DNA from: Jimgerdemannia flammicorona
Taxonomy: Eukaryota
Length of the DNA: 64,000 bases
Direction: 5' to 3'
Assembly: GCA_003990765.1 (NCBI GenBank)
Contig: RBNJ01000014.1
Span: forward strand, 1-64,000
Part shown: positions 12,301 to 22,899 of the stretch, piece by piece
Layout of the letters: each line of letters begins with the position of its first letter
Numbering within the stretch: the first letter of the stretch is position 1
Notes under the pieces: generated by a model
The model's database searches: none
What the model was told of the DNA's origin: nothing
Seen by the model: only the letters and a program-made list of their open reading frames with translations
Made by a program: the position numbers and the translations under genes

Positions 12301-13349
12301 TTCTTGTCATGGTCACTCCAGGTAGTTCCTTGCCTGACATCAAAGAATCCTTGAGCTGCATCTACTTGCTCTTCAGACCTTCTAATGCCTAGGGTGCAGA
12401 CATGCTGGGCAATATTCGGAGGAATTCCATTCATGAAGGTCATTGGACCTATGATGTCTTGGTTGGTGGCATTGAATCCAGCAGAATGCATTCTCTTCTG
12501 GATTCTTGTGAAGAAGGCTCTGGGTGATTCTCCAAGATTCATCTTTATTCCCATGATAGATTTCTGAGTCTTGTGGCAGGTTTCATTTCCTGCATACTTT
12601 TCAATGAGCCAGTGGACCATGGCCTCATATTCTAGCTCATCAGACATTGCTGCTTGTATCTGTCTTGCTAGTTCTGAGTCTCAGTTGTTTGCTGTCTGAT
12701 AGAAAATTCCTCTGGCTGGTTCTCTGAGCTGGGCTTTGTAAATGGTGATTTTTCTTTTATCTGAGAGGTTTCTCAAGGCTGCAATTCCTTCAATTCCATC
12801 AAGGAATTCTCTGGGGTCCTCCTCCGGGTATCCTGCAAAGGTTGGCAATGAGGTGGCCATTTCATCATCACTTTCTTCTGATTCTGGTTCAAATTCTGAT
12901 TCTGATTCTGATTCGCTTTCTGAACTATCACTAGAGACAGGGGTGCTTGGGTATCTTGAAGATGGTGTTCTAGTCCTTGGGTGGGGTGGAATAGACCTAG
13001 GTATCCTTGTAGGAGCTACTTCTGGTTCTGCAAGAGGTTGTGGTAGGGGTTCTATTGGTGAGATTGGTGGGACTGGTATGGGGTGTCTGGCTGTAAAGTA
13101 TTGGGTCTGGGTAATAAAGTCTTCTAGTTCTTATGCAAGTTCTCCAAAATCTCTAGCAGGACTATCTGTATTGTCTGGTTGATCTGGTTGGGGATTTCGG
13201 GCTGTACTACCTCCTGCTTCTAGTTGGGATCCTTCTAATACTGGGTAGTTGGCAAGTCTTGAGGTGATTACTTCTCTTCCTGTCCAAATACTAGTGATAA
13301 CTGGTTCTCCTGTAGTGGCAGAGGTTGGTGTTGTATCAAATGTATCCAG
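6344..13349 (-). pseudogene. gag-pol of element 1: capsid, CCHC knuckle, aspartic protease, accessory region, dUTPase, RT, RNase H, integrase
   Basis: LPTFAGYPEEDPREFL; FHCGQFGHYATEC; ILIDTGAAV; WRLCMDYRKLN, PFGLCNAP, YMDD; YTDAS, TDHAAL; ERMNQTIK, PKWEGPY. Confidence 0.95.
9270..9680 (-). pseudogene. dut: dUTPase domain of element 1
   Basis: Trimeric dUTPase motifs GYDL, SRS, GTIDPGYTGEIKV, IAQ and RQAKGFGSS. Confidence 0.95.
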
Positions 13350-13398
13350 TTTGACTGTGGGTTCTTATGAGCTGAAAAGTCATGTTGATTTTAAAATC

Positions 13399-13416
13399 TT
13401 CCCAGTTGAGCCCCCA
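13399..13416 (-). promoter_or_regulatory. Primer-binding site, tRNA-Pro-like (TGGGGGCTCAACTGGGAA)
   Basis: Lies 2 nt inside the 5' LTR and resembles the MLV tRNA-Pro PBS TGGGGGCTCGTCCGGGAT. The same motif sits beside the LTRs starting at 44858, 51239 and 53496. Confidence 0.85.
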
Positions 13417-13418
13417 AA

Positions 13419-14971
13419 TGTAATGTGCCGGCTCAATGGAGGCAAATTACAAGGTTGGGGGTTGATGTAGTTTGGCTTGAGCCCCCAGTTACTTTGTCAA
13501 AAAGTAACAAAATGTTCTAAGATTCCTGAGGTCCTTGGTGTTTAGTGGTATAATAGTCAAGGCTGGATATCTGTGAGTGATTTCCTTATTGGGATGGTTC
13601 TCTGGGTGTAGTAGCAGTTTGTGTAAATGGGTTTTCTTCTTGAGTCAACTGGGAATGGCAGAATTTGTATATAGCATGAGTGGTTTTCTTCTTGAGTAAT
13701 GATCTCTGATTTCTGCATGATGATCTGGCAATTTAGCGGTTCTCCTTATGCGGTTTCTGCATGACAATCTCTGTGTAGCATGACGATCTCTGTGTGTGAT
13801 GGTCTGGTAATTTGGTAGTTCTCTTTCTTGAGTGGTGGGCGATTTTTGTGTAGCACGACGGGTTCTTTATGCAGGACATTCTGATAATTTGGCAGATAAC
13901 TCAATTTGGCTCACTGGGAATGTATGGTATGAATTCTTCCATAATGGGCTCACTGGGAACAACAGATAACTTGGATGGCATGAATCAGGCTCTTCTGGGA
14001 ATATGTTGGTGCAGATTCTTCCTGAATTGGCGGACTTCTGGAAAATGGTGGCTTAACTGGGAATTAACTCAGATGGTACAGATTTGGCTTCAACTGGGAA
14101 TATGGTAGATAACTCAAAAACAGCAGGTGACACAGGTTCTTCCTGAATCAGTGGGCTCTAACTGGGAAACAGAATGGCAGCTTAGAAAGGGTCTCTTGGC
14201 AAAGTTGCATCAAAGACTGGCTTCATTTGTATGAATGGATCACTGCGAAGTTGCATTGGAAACTGGCTTGGGCAAGGTGGCTTTCTCTGGGAATGTGGAT
14301 AACTTGGAAATGGCGGCTTATTCCTTAAGTGGCAGGTTACTCAAAAGGCAGTGAAGTTCTTCTTGAACTTAGGCGGCAAATCTTCAGGCTTATCTGGCAA
14401 GTGTACCAATCAATCTTTGTATCAGAAAGTAGACTGGAGTGGAAAGGGGAAATAAGCTCACAATCTCCTAACAGTGGCTGTAGAGTTCCTCTCAAAGTGT
14501 GGTAGGCAGACTTGTCTTTTGCTTCAATTTCAGACTTTTCAGACTCTTCTTTATATCAGAAAGCAAACCAGAGTTGAAATGTGTTCTGAATTTCGGACTG
14601 AGGTTTTATTCACTCTCATCTCTGGGGTAATTTATACAAGTTGGTTACTATCTGGTTACTATGTGGCTAACTATAGATTTGCTATCTTCGGTAATGTTTT
14701 GGTGTGTCCTCTGGATATAGGTGTGTCCACAGAACATGAGTGTGTCCGTAGGACATGAGTGTGTCTGCAGGACATGAGTGTGTCCGCAGGACATGAGTAT
14801 GTCCTCAGGACACAGGTAAACAATCCTGATCTAGTGTCTTGACTAATTATAAGTGTGGTGGGCATGAGTAACTATGATACACTGGAAGTTATATCATACT
14901 GAGTAAGTATGCTAATTGTTCACATCATCTGGCTAAGTTATAATTCAGATGCTACATTTTGGTCTGTTACA
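13419..14971 (-). repeat. 5' LTR of element 1 (1553 bp)
   Basis: TGTAAT...GTTACA ends; direct repeat of 4286-5835. Confidence 0.95.
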
Positions 14972-14975
14972 CTAT

Positions 14976-15346
14976 ATATGGATCTGTCTTATTATGGGTG
15001 TGGTGGGAGAGGAGGGTGGCCATTTGGGGGGAGGCTCTTAGAGGTTGGGGAGGTCACTACATCTCCCTAGCAGGCCAGGTGTCAATTCTGAATATCTATT
15101 GGTTTCCCAAGCTATGGTATGTTGCTTATTACTTAGACTTTCTAGCTTGGGTGGTGAAGTGACTGATGAAACTGACTAGAGATTAGATTTGGGCAGGGAG
15201 GCAGTTTCAGATAAGTTGGGATACTCTTGCAACACCAGTGATTCAGAGAGGGCTAGGCCTAGGGGATTTTCCTAAGAGGCTGTACTGACTGTGAGCTTGG
15301 TGGTTGAAAAGGGCTATTGAACTGTGGGGAGGGGGTTGGGTGCCAC
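14976..15346 (+). pseudogene. LINE A ORF2 middle segment
   Basis: Rejoined frame WYLDIFLSIYGSVLLW; ISLAGQVSILNIYWFPKLWY, and GLGL, typical of the L1/Tx1 post-RT region. Confidence 0.88.
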
Positions 15347-15399
15347 TAGTGCTCCACAAACCCAACCCGATTAATCCAAAACCTGACCCATAAAACAGC

Positions 15400-15690
15400 C
15401 AACCCAGAATTAGATATCACCCATCTTTAACCCAACCTGGAATTATACATCACCTGTATTTAACCTGATCTGGAATTATATATCACCCATCTTTAACCCA
15501 ACCCAGAATTGTATGTTACCTGTCTTTAACCCAACCTGGAAAGATACATTACCCATCTTTAACCTGACCTGGAAATGTATGTCACCCAACCCATTATTTA
15601 CCCTTAACTTAAACCTGAACCCAACCCCTGAACCCAACCCTGAACCCAACCCCTGAACCCAACCCTGAACCCAACCCTCTGAACTCTGCT
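15400..15690. repeat. Left subterminal arrays of the hAT: ~39-bp units then ~12-bp CCCTGAACCCAA units
   Basis: Repeated TCACCCATCTTTAACCYRACCYRGAAT; inverted counterpart at 21030-21350. Confidence 0.9.
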
Positions 15691-15739
15691 CTGAAAAAAT
15701 GATTTGGAAAATATTTGGATAATATTCAGAGCAATTGAA

Positions 15740-18084
15740 AGTGAAAAATATCTGAAGACCACCAAGAATCCAAACACATGCATGCACAAATTGTATTTAC
15801 ACACAAGCTGTTTCGACATTTAGTCACTAGCTCACCAGCAATAGAAAAAATATGTTCAGATAGAATAGATATTGCCAAAATAGCAAGATAATTGCAAGCC
15901 ATTCATGAAAGATTAGTATATACCAACTGATTTTGCTACTACCAATCCAGTATATCTATATGAGGATCAGCTGGATTCTCTGACAAATAACTGAAACAGA
16001 GAAATATAAGTGAAAATTAACCAAGCCAACCAAAAAACATAAAAACAACACCCACCATTCAAGCTCATCATCTACATCGATGCGCTGTTTCTTCTCATAT
16101 ATTGAGTTAATAAAATCATCAGCATCATGAGATATTGAAGGTATAATGATAGCATTAACAGACATATACTTCTTTTCTCAGATATGTTCCATCTGATTCT
16201 TCCATTTATCAATTAAGGATTTTTTCCATTGCTTATAATAGAAATAATGCATATTGATATGTAGATCTAAGGCTGAAGCTATGCTATATAATGGTGTTAT
16301 CTTGCAGTAATACTTTAGAAGTTTTGTATATGCATTCTCAGCAGTGGTAAGCATTATCTATAAAAAATAAAAATATACACATATTACTTCCCAATTACTT
16401 ACTAAATTAGTTCCTAAATTCACAAATAAAATTACTTTCAAAATCATATATATATCTGATTAAAATGTTCACCAGTTTGATATATATTGATGACATTTTT
16501 GAGGTGATTACATAGCCAATTAAATAGTAGGATAATAGCCACTATTGTAGGATACTTCGAAGCTGACATCATAGTTGTCACTTTGGCAAAAGGCTTGAGA
16601 AATCGGCAAATCAATTTAAATTATTACCATGTATCTTCAGATATATTGCTCATTTGCTTATCCATGGCACATAATATATCCAAGCCCTATTTGGATGTAA
16701 TATTAATTTATTTAGTACCAAAATACTTCTGAATTGTATTCCAAAATCTATACAAATAGATTCAAAATCTTACCTTATGAATCTCCAGAGTACTTGCTAA
16801 CATTTCATATATAGAACTCCATCTTGTCATAATATCTAAGAGAGGCTTCAAAATGGAAATTCTGGAGGATTCACAGATCTTTGCCAGTTGTGCTTGTCGT
16901 TGCACTGAATTTTTGATCTTCTTTATCAACTTCTATAGCTTTCCAATGGGCTTGCTAAGAGAACTAAGAGTATCATAAATGACAAGATTCAACACATATC
17001 TGAAATAGTGTATATAAGTGAGCAGATGATGGAGATTCTCAAACAGAGTATTGTTGTTACTGGTATTGTCACACACAATAGCAATGATTTGATTGTCACT
17101 AGGCAATAAATCATCTATTACCAGCTCCAGAATTTTTGCAAGATTGGTACCTATGTGTGTTATTTTACTGATATTCACAAAGTCTAAGATAATGTCATGC
17201 ATCTTCCAATTACTATCAATCCAATGGACTGTTATTCTAAGAAAGGCCTTGATGTTAATGTCCAATGTCCAACAATCAAGTATAAGTGACATCTTCAACT
17301 TGAGCCCTGCTAGCCTTGCTTTCACTTGAGTCTACAATAGTTCAAATTCTTTTCAAATAACTTGTGAAATTGTATCAGCTGATGGAAGGGCCAGATCAGG
17401 GTATAATATGTGAAGGAGATACTTAAAGCCAGCATTTTCAATAGTAGAGAATGGCTGATATCCAGTGATAATGAAGTTGGCAATTAACTAATGGAAATTT
17501 TCATCACTTAAAGTCTTGCTAGTGTGTTCCTATTTGTAATAATAAAATTTGATTAATTATTTTTCTAATAACCTCCTAAGTACTTCCCGAATTCCATTCT
17601 ATCCATACTCACAATATTATCTTTCTTAGATCAGCGAGGATTCTCAGCATGCTGGAGAGGTAAGAGTATGGCATTGTGATGCTTCCAGAGATGTTATTTA
17701 AGATTGTTGATATTGCCATCTTTCGATATATAGCTCCAAGTCATGTAATGGTTGCAACTGATGAGCTTACTTTGTAAATTCTATTTAAATAGAGAGATAT
17801 GAGACTATATTAGAACCTCAACTGCTTACAACTGACCACCCATCCTTATGACTGATGAGACCAATCACCCCTATGAATTCAACCATTAGTATAATATATA
17901 AAACTACCTTTGTGACATGATTCCACATCCAGCTATCACCAGGTTTTGTTTTTATTTTTATTCTTATGCTTGTTGGTGATAACGAACTGGTGGAGATATC
18001 TGATATATCCTCCAATATATCCTCCAATATATCATCCAATGGTTCCAAGATTTCTCCTAAATATACTTCTTGATCTTTAGACAT
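15740..18084 (-). pseudogene. hAT transposase with introns (BED finger, DDE core, dimerization domain)
   Basis: SWMWNHV; SLILDCWT, FLRITVHWID, IVCDNTSN, TRWSSIYEML; YLAILAISILSEHIFS. GT..AG intron e.g. 16687-16773. Confidence 0.9.
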
Positions 18085-18427
18085 TTCAAATATTTGATGA
18101 TGGCAGGGACTAGGAGCTTGAGTGGGAGGCTGAGAGCTGGAAAGTGGCTAGGAAATGGTGAGCTAGAGAGTGGCGAACTGGGAAATGAGCTGGGGGGGCA
18201 GTGAACTAGGGGGCAGAGAGTTGGGGGGAGGCAGCAAGTGGTGGGAAAAGCCAGGAACTGTAGGGCCTGGAATAGGAGTCAGTGAGCTGGGGGACAGTGA
18301 GAGGGAGAGCAGCAAGGTGGTATGCGATAGTCAATGATTGATTGTGGACAGAGGATGGATGAATAAATATGCATGAGTGGTAAACTGATACCTATCACAC
18401 AACTGCAAACAGCAAACATACTTTGGA

Positions 18428-19056
18428 GATTCAGTGTGTTCTGTATTGAGCAAGGTTTGCAACAATGTTTGAGTGAGGTTTGTAGTGTGTTTGAGTAAGA
18501 TTTGCAGTGAGGTTCAAGTAAGATTTGCAAGCAAAATATGTAAGTGAGATTTGCACATAAGATTAAAGTGAGATTTGCATAAGCCAGGCTTTACAAGCCT
18601 TGCACTTACAAGCCTGGACAAGCTCAGTCACAAGCTGATATGATGTGTATATAAGCTGATATCATGTGATATTAGCTATCAGCTGAGCTTGCAAGCACAA
18701 GACTTGTAAAACCTGGCTTATGCAAATCTCACTTGCAAATCTCACTTGAACCTTGCTGCAAATCTCACTCACACATATCACAAACCTCACTCAAATGTCA
18801 TTACAAACCTTGCTCAATCAGGGCTTATGCAGAACCTGCTGAATCACACAGAGAGGAGTGGAATGCAGTGAGGAAAGCTCCAGATTGCAAGTGTAAGCAT
18901 AAGTATAAGCTTTGCTCCACTCAGTCTGACAAGCTGATAATAAGCTGATATCATATGATATCAGCTATCAGCTGAGCAGAGCAAAGCTTGTGCTTGCACT
19001 TATGCTTATGCTTACACTTGCAATCCAGAGCTTTCCTCACTACATTCCACTCTTCT
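18428..19056. repeat. Two adjacent long inverted repeats (18428-18845 and 18852-19056) sharing a palindromic core
   Basis: Arms are reverse complements by eye. The cores are AGCTGATATCATRTGATATYAGCT at 18654-18677 and 18943-18966. Confidence 0.88.
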
Positions 19057-19167
19057 TACATTCTACTCCTCTTGCGTTCCACTCCTCTTGTACAACCCTC
19101 ATGTATTCCTCCACCTCCCTCACCCTCATTCCTCAGATGGCAAACAATATACAATTTAGAAATGGGT

Positions 19168-19270
19168 TTCAAAAGAGATTTTGAAGAGATTCTGAAAGAG
19201 ATTTCAAAGAGATTCAGAAAGAGCTTCTGAAAGAGATTTTGGAGAGATTCCAAAAGAGCTTCTGAAAGAT
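19168..19270. repeat. 12-bp tandem repeat (AAAGAGATTYYR), about 8 units
   Basis: Directly visible periodicity. Confidence 0.85.
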
Positions 19271-19399
19271 GTTATAGCTTTTGAACATTTAAGATATCAA
19301 AAGCTTACTTTTGCCTCTCATTCTTTTCACCTTGTCCTTCACTTTGCCTTATCCTTTGCTTTGCCTCATCCTTTGCTTTGCCTCACTTAATTCACCACT

Positions 19400-20746
19400 A
19401 TGTTGAGAAAACATAGATATTACTGTCCGGCCAATAAGTATTTACTTGGCCCTCCCCAAGCTCAATGTACTTCAGCTTGCCATCCCAAAGCTCGGCACTC
19501 TAAAGATGCCCAGCTTGCCGACACCCAGCCTGCCGAGCTTGCCAATACCCAGCCTGCTGAGCTTGCCAACACCCAGTCTGTCGAGCTTGCCGACACCCAG
19601 GTTGCCAAGCTCACTGACTCCCAGCTTGCTAACTCTCAACTCCCCGATCTCCAGCTTGACCGCCAGCTCACCACCAGTCTACAAGTACAAGGTCCCCCAC
19701 TAGATCCCAATAATGCAGCTTGAAAAAGTTAGTTTTTTTTTTTTTTTTCTTTTTAAATCAATGTCCGAATTTTTTTCCGAATTTTTTTCCTAATAACATT
19801 CAAAATATACATATCCTCCAGCTTCTAAGCCTGGGCCAGAGCACAAATCTTGCTACAATTGCCATTTTTGCCATCAAGTTTGCCCAAACACTACCTGGAA
19901 GCATTGCCAAATCAATTTCCTGGATACCCCAAACCTCACGGAGAAAAGGCCTTACAAATTGGACATTAGGCATGCTTTTGCTGTGGCCAACAAATACATT
20001 AAGAAAGTACATGATGACCAACTGAAGCAAGAAGTCATAAGAGTGATAGAAAACTGTGTGAAAATCATGGAATGTTTATCATACCACACTGGCTTCAAGG
20101 TGAATGCCAAAGTATGGAACAAGCAAGGTTGTCCAGATAAAATTGTCATCATAGATGAACATGAAAAACTGCTGGCCATATTTGAACAAGTACTGGTGAA
20201 GAATGACAAAACACTTTATATGTGACTGATAGATGACAGGCTTGTACATTTTGTTGAGGGGAGTGGTGGTGGAGGAGATGGAGAGGTGGGAGAGGTCAGT
20301 GCCAGTGGAGGAGTTGGTGCCAGTGGAGAGGTCAGTGGAGAGGTTGGTATGGGGAGGTCAGCGCAAGGGAGGTCAGCATGGGGGAGGTTGGTGCAGGAGA
20401 GGTCGGTGTGGAGAAACATGGGGAGGTCGGTATGGGGGAGGTCAGCATAGAGGAACATGGAGAGGTCAGCATGGGGGAGGTTGGCTCAGAGGAACATGGG
20501 GAGGTCAGCGCAGAGGAATACAGGGAGGTCAGCGCAGAGGAACACAAGGAGGTTGGTGTGGAGGATGAAATAGAGGTTGGCATAGAGTAGGTCAGCATAG
20601 AGGAGGATATGGAGGAGGAGGATATAGAGGAAAGCAGTTCGGAATATATGGAGGAAGATGGTTCAGAATATGAGAAGGAGGAGAATCAGTTGGTTTATAG
20701 CGATGAAGAGGAGGAGGATCAGTTGGTTTATAGTGATGAAGAGTAA
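19400..20746 (+). pseudogene. Intron-containing passenger gene inside the hAT element, unknown function, repeat-rich N-terminus and acidic C-terminus
   Basis: Exon 1 with 30-bp repeats; GTTAGT...poly(T)...CCAG intron at ~19728-19821; exon 2 frame TSKPGPEH...LDIRHAFAVANKYIKK...; Glu-rich tail. Confidence 0.6.
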
Positions 20747-20939
20747 GATCTGTTCACACTGGTAAGTTCTTTATTTTTCTGATTTATTTCTTATTTATTT
20801 TCAATTTCATTTTGATTTCTGATTTCTAATTATGTTTCTGTTTGTTTATTCTAAATATATATCTTAGATGTGCAATATATTTTTTTTGGTACCTTATAGC
20901 TTAAAGGCAGATTAAAGACAGGTCTGTATCAGATTAAAT

Positions 20940-21350
20940 ATGGGTCAGGGTTGGGTCATGTATATTTCTTGAGTCAGGTCACATATATTTCTCAGGTTGG
21001 GTCACATATATTTCTTGGGTCAGGTTACATATATTTCTCAGATTGGGTTAAAGACAGGTTACATATAATTCCAGGTTGGGTTAAAGATGGGTGATGTACG
21101 TTTCCAGGTCAGGTTAAAGATGGGTGATATATAATTCCAAGTCAGATTAAAGATGGGTGATGTATTATTCCAGGTCAGGTTAAAGATGGATGACATATTA
21201 TTCTGGGTCAGGTTAAAGATGGGTGACATATAATTCTGGATCAGGTTAAAGATGGGTGACATATTATTCCGGGTTGGGTTAAAGACAGATGATATATAAT
21301 TCTGGGTCAGGTTAAAGATGAGTGACATATAATTCCAAGTTGGGTTAAAT
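20940..21350. repeat. Right subterminal arrays of the hAT (short CACATATATTTCT units and ~39-bp units)
   Basis: About 8 copies of GGTTAAAGATGGGTGAYATATAATTC, inverted relative to 15400-15590. Confidence 0.9.
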
Positions 21351-21392
21351 ATATATATGGGTTAGCTCGGGTTGCAATACACTAGGTACCAC

Positions 21393-22305
21393 TGATGCAG
21401 AAGGTATGGGAGATGAGGTTCTCTCTACAAGGGTTATTGGGAGATTTGCTATCTCTGGTGGATCTGAATGGAAGCCAACAGCTATGGTATAAGGGCTTCT
21501 GGTGGGGGGTGGTAGATGGAGCACACTATATAGGTCTGTACTAATGGAGCAATGAGGGGGGGATACTGTGGGGACCAGCTATGTAGATATGGAACAGACT
21601 GCTTCTGGGAGATATTCTACTTACTGAGTTTAATATTGATGATAGAGCGGAGTGTCAGTGGAGACTTGGTCAGGATATTTGGCCAAATAGTTGGCAGGTA
21701 GTGAGGATTGGCAAGGAGTGGGACTGGGCAGGAGTCTGGTCATAGAGTGCTGAGGTGTGGAGGTAGCTGCCTCCCAAGGTCTGGGTAGTATGCTCTGGAG
21801 GAATATCATGTTGAATTTCTGTACTAGATATATAGTAGATGGTGGATGTTTAGATTGTGAGAAGTGTTACAATGTAGGGCAAGTTAGGGGATTTGTGCAG
21901 ACACCTGAATATTGGCTGGGAGAGTGTGAGGTTCTGAGAGACTTTTGGATAGCAGTAGGGGACCAGCTAGGTGTGAAGAAGAGGCCAGATAGGGAGAGAG
22001 ATCACTGGGAGGATTTGAAATCTAGGTTAGTAAGTAGTGTGGGCAATGGATGACTTACTGTAGGGTGGGTTTTGGCTGTGTAGGTAGGGCTAGCAAGATA
22101 TTGGCTCTTTGTTTTTAAGGAGGGACAATAGATAGATATACAGGAGAAGTTGTTAAGATGGGAGGAATTGATGGGTGATTTGCTAACAGAGTGGTAGGTT
22201 GATTGGAGCCCCTAGGGTGGGTAATGTCACTGTCTGGTAGAAGAGATCTGTGAACAGAGTAGTGGGCAAATGATAATGGTGAATGATAAAGTAGTCTTTC
22301 ATTAA
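21393..22305 (+). pseudogene. LINE A ORF2 C-terminal part with Cys-rich domain
   Basis: Rejoined frame GWVPLMQKVWEMR; CEKCYN...QTPEYWLGECEVLRDFW. Confidence 0.85.
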
Positions 22306-22899
22306 AGGGGAGGGAGCTCTAGGGGGATCAGATAGGGGTGGGCACCATGTATTATATAGAGGAGTGTATTAATAAAAGAAGAAGTCTGAGTGACTATAAA
22401 AATAAAAAAAAAATAAAAAAAAATAAAAAAAAATACACTTCAAACTCACTCACCCCTATATTCTGAGGACTCTATAGAGTTAAAGAAGATCAAGTTTTCA
22501 AGATATAGAAATCCAACATACTTTCAAGATTAAGTGTCTGCTATGTTATACTAAGATATAATATTTCAACACTTTTGCTCAATGAGATATATCTCAAAAT
22601 ATACAAATATGTAAAAGACTATAACTTGCAAGAATTGAGCTACAGTAATAGAATACTATTTATATACTAAAAAAGGTCAAAATTCCCTACTTATATATAT
22701 GAAAATAGTTCAAAAATATAGTGAAAGATTACCTATAACTAGATGAGTATAGGTAGAAATCAGTAATATAAGATCTACTCATAAATGAGAGATATAAGTA
22801 ATATTAGAGATATATATATAAGATATAGTAGAAGACTTTTAGGAGTCTAAAAAGTTCTATGATCTCTGTCAAAATACTTGAATATTGGTCACTAGCATA

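Larger units (their letters stand above)
4286..14971 (-). mobile_element. Ty3/gypsy LTR retrotransposon element 1, full length, dUTPase-bearing, inactive
   Basis: Paired LTRs with TG...CA ends, 4-bp TSD CTAT (4282-4285 and 14972-14975), PBS, and gag-PR-dUTPase-RT-RH-IN order on the minus strand. Confidence 0.97.
15347..21384 (-). mobile_element. hAT-superfamily DNA transposon (~6.0 kb), inactive
   Basis: TAGTG...CACTA termini, 8-bp TSD GGTGCCAC/GGTACCAC, inverted subterminal repeat arrays and a hAT transposase remnant. Confidence 0.93.
1..22433 (+). mobile_element. LINE copy A (L1/Tx1-like non-LTR retrotransposon), 5' end outside window, split by LTR element 1 and the hAT element
   Basis: ORF1 then ORF2 with APE, RT and C-terminal Cys motifs. 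The reading frame rejoins across both insertions. AATAAA near 22371 and an A-rich tail at 22397-22433. Confidence 0.93.

Noticed and set aside
13399-13440. tRNA gene or Tf1-type self-priming site
   Set aside because: Only acceptor-stem-like pieces with no cloverleaf; the PBS starts TGG and fits tRNA-Pro priming.
15610-15690. CCCTGAA/CCCAA repeats resembling telomeric DNA
   Set aside because: Short, with a 12-13 bp period, and embedded in the hAT subterminal array.
19845-19910. CYNCHFCHQVC as a zinc finger
   Set aside because: TGC/CAT codons are what CpG decay makes from Arg codons (RYNRRFRR-like); no second copy is available to confirm.
21030-21350. Regular ~39-bp repeats resembling a CRISPR array
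   Set aside because: Units are tandem without unique spacers, are mirrored at the other hAT end, and have no cas genes; eukaryotic context.
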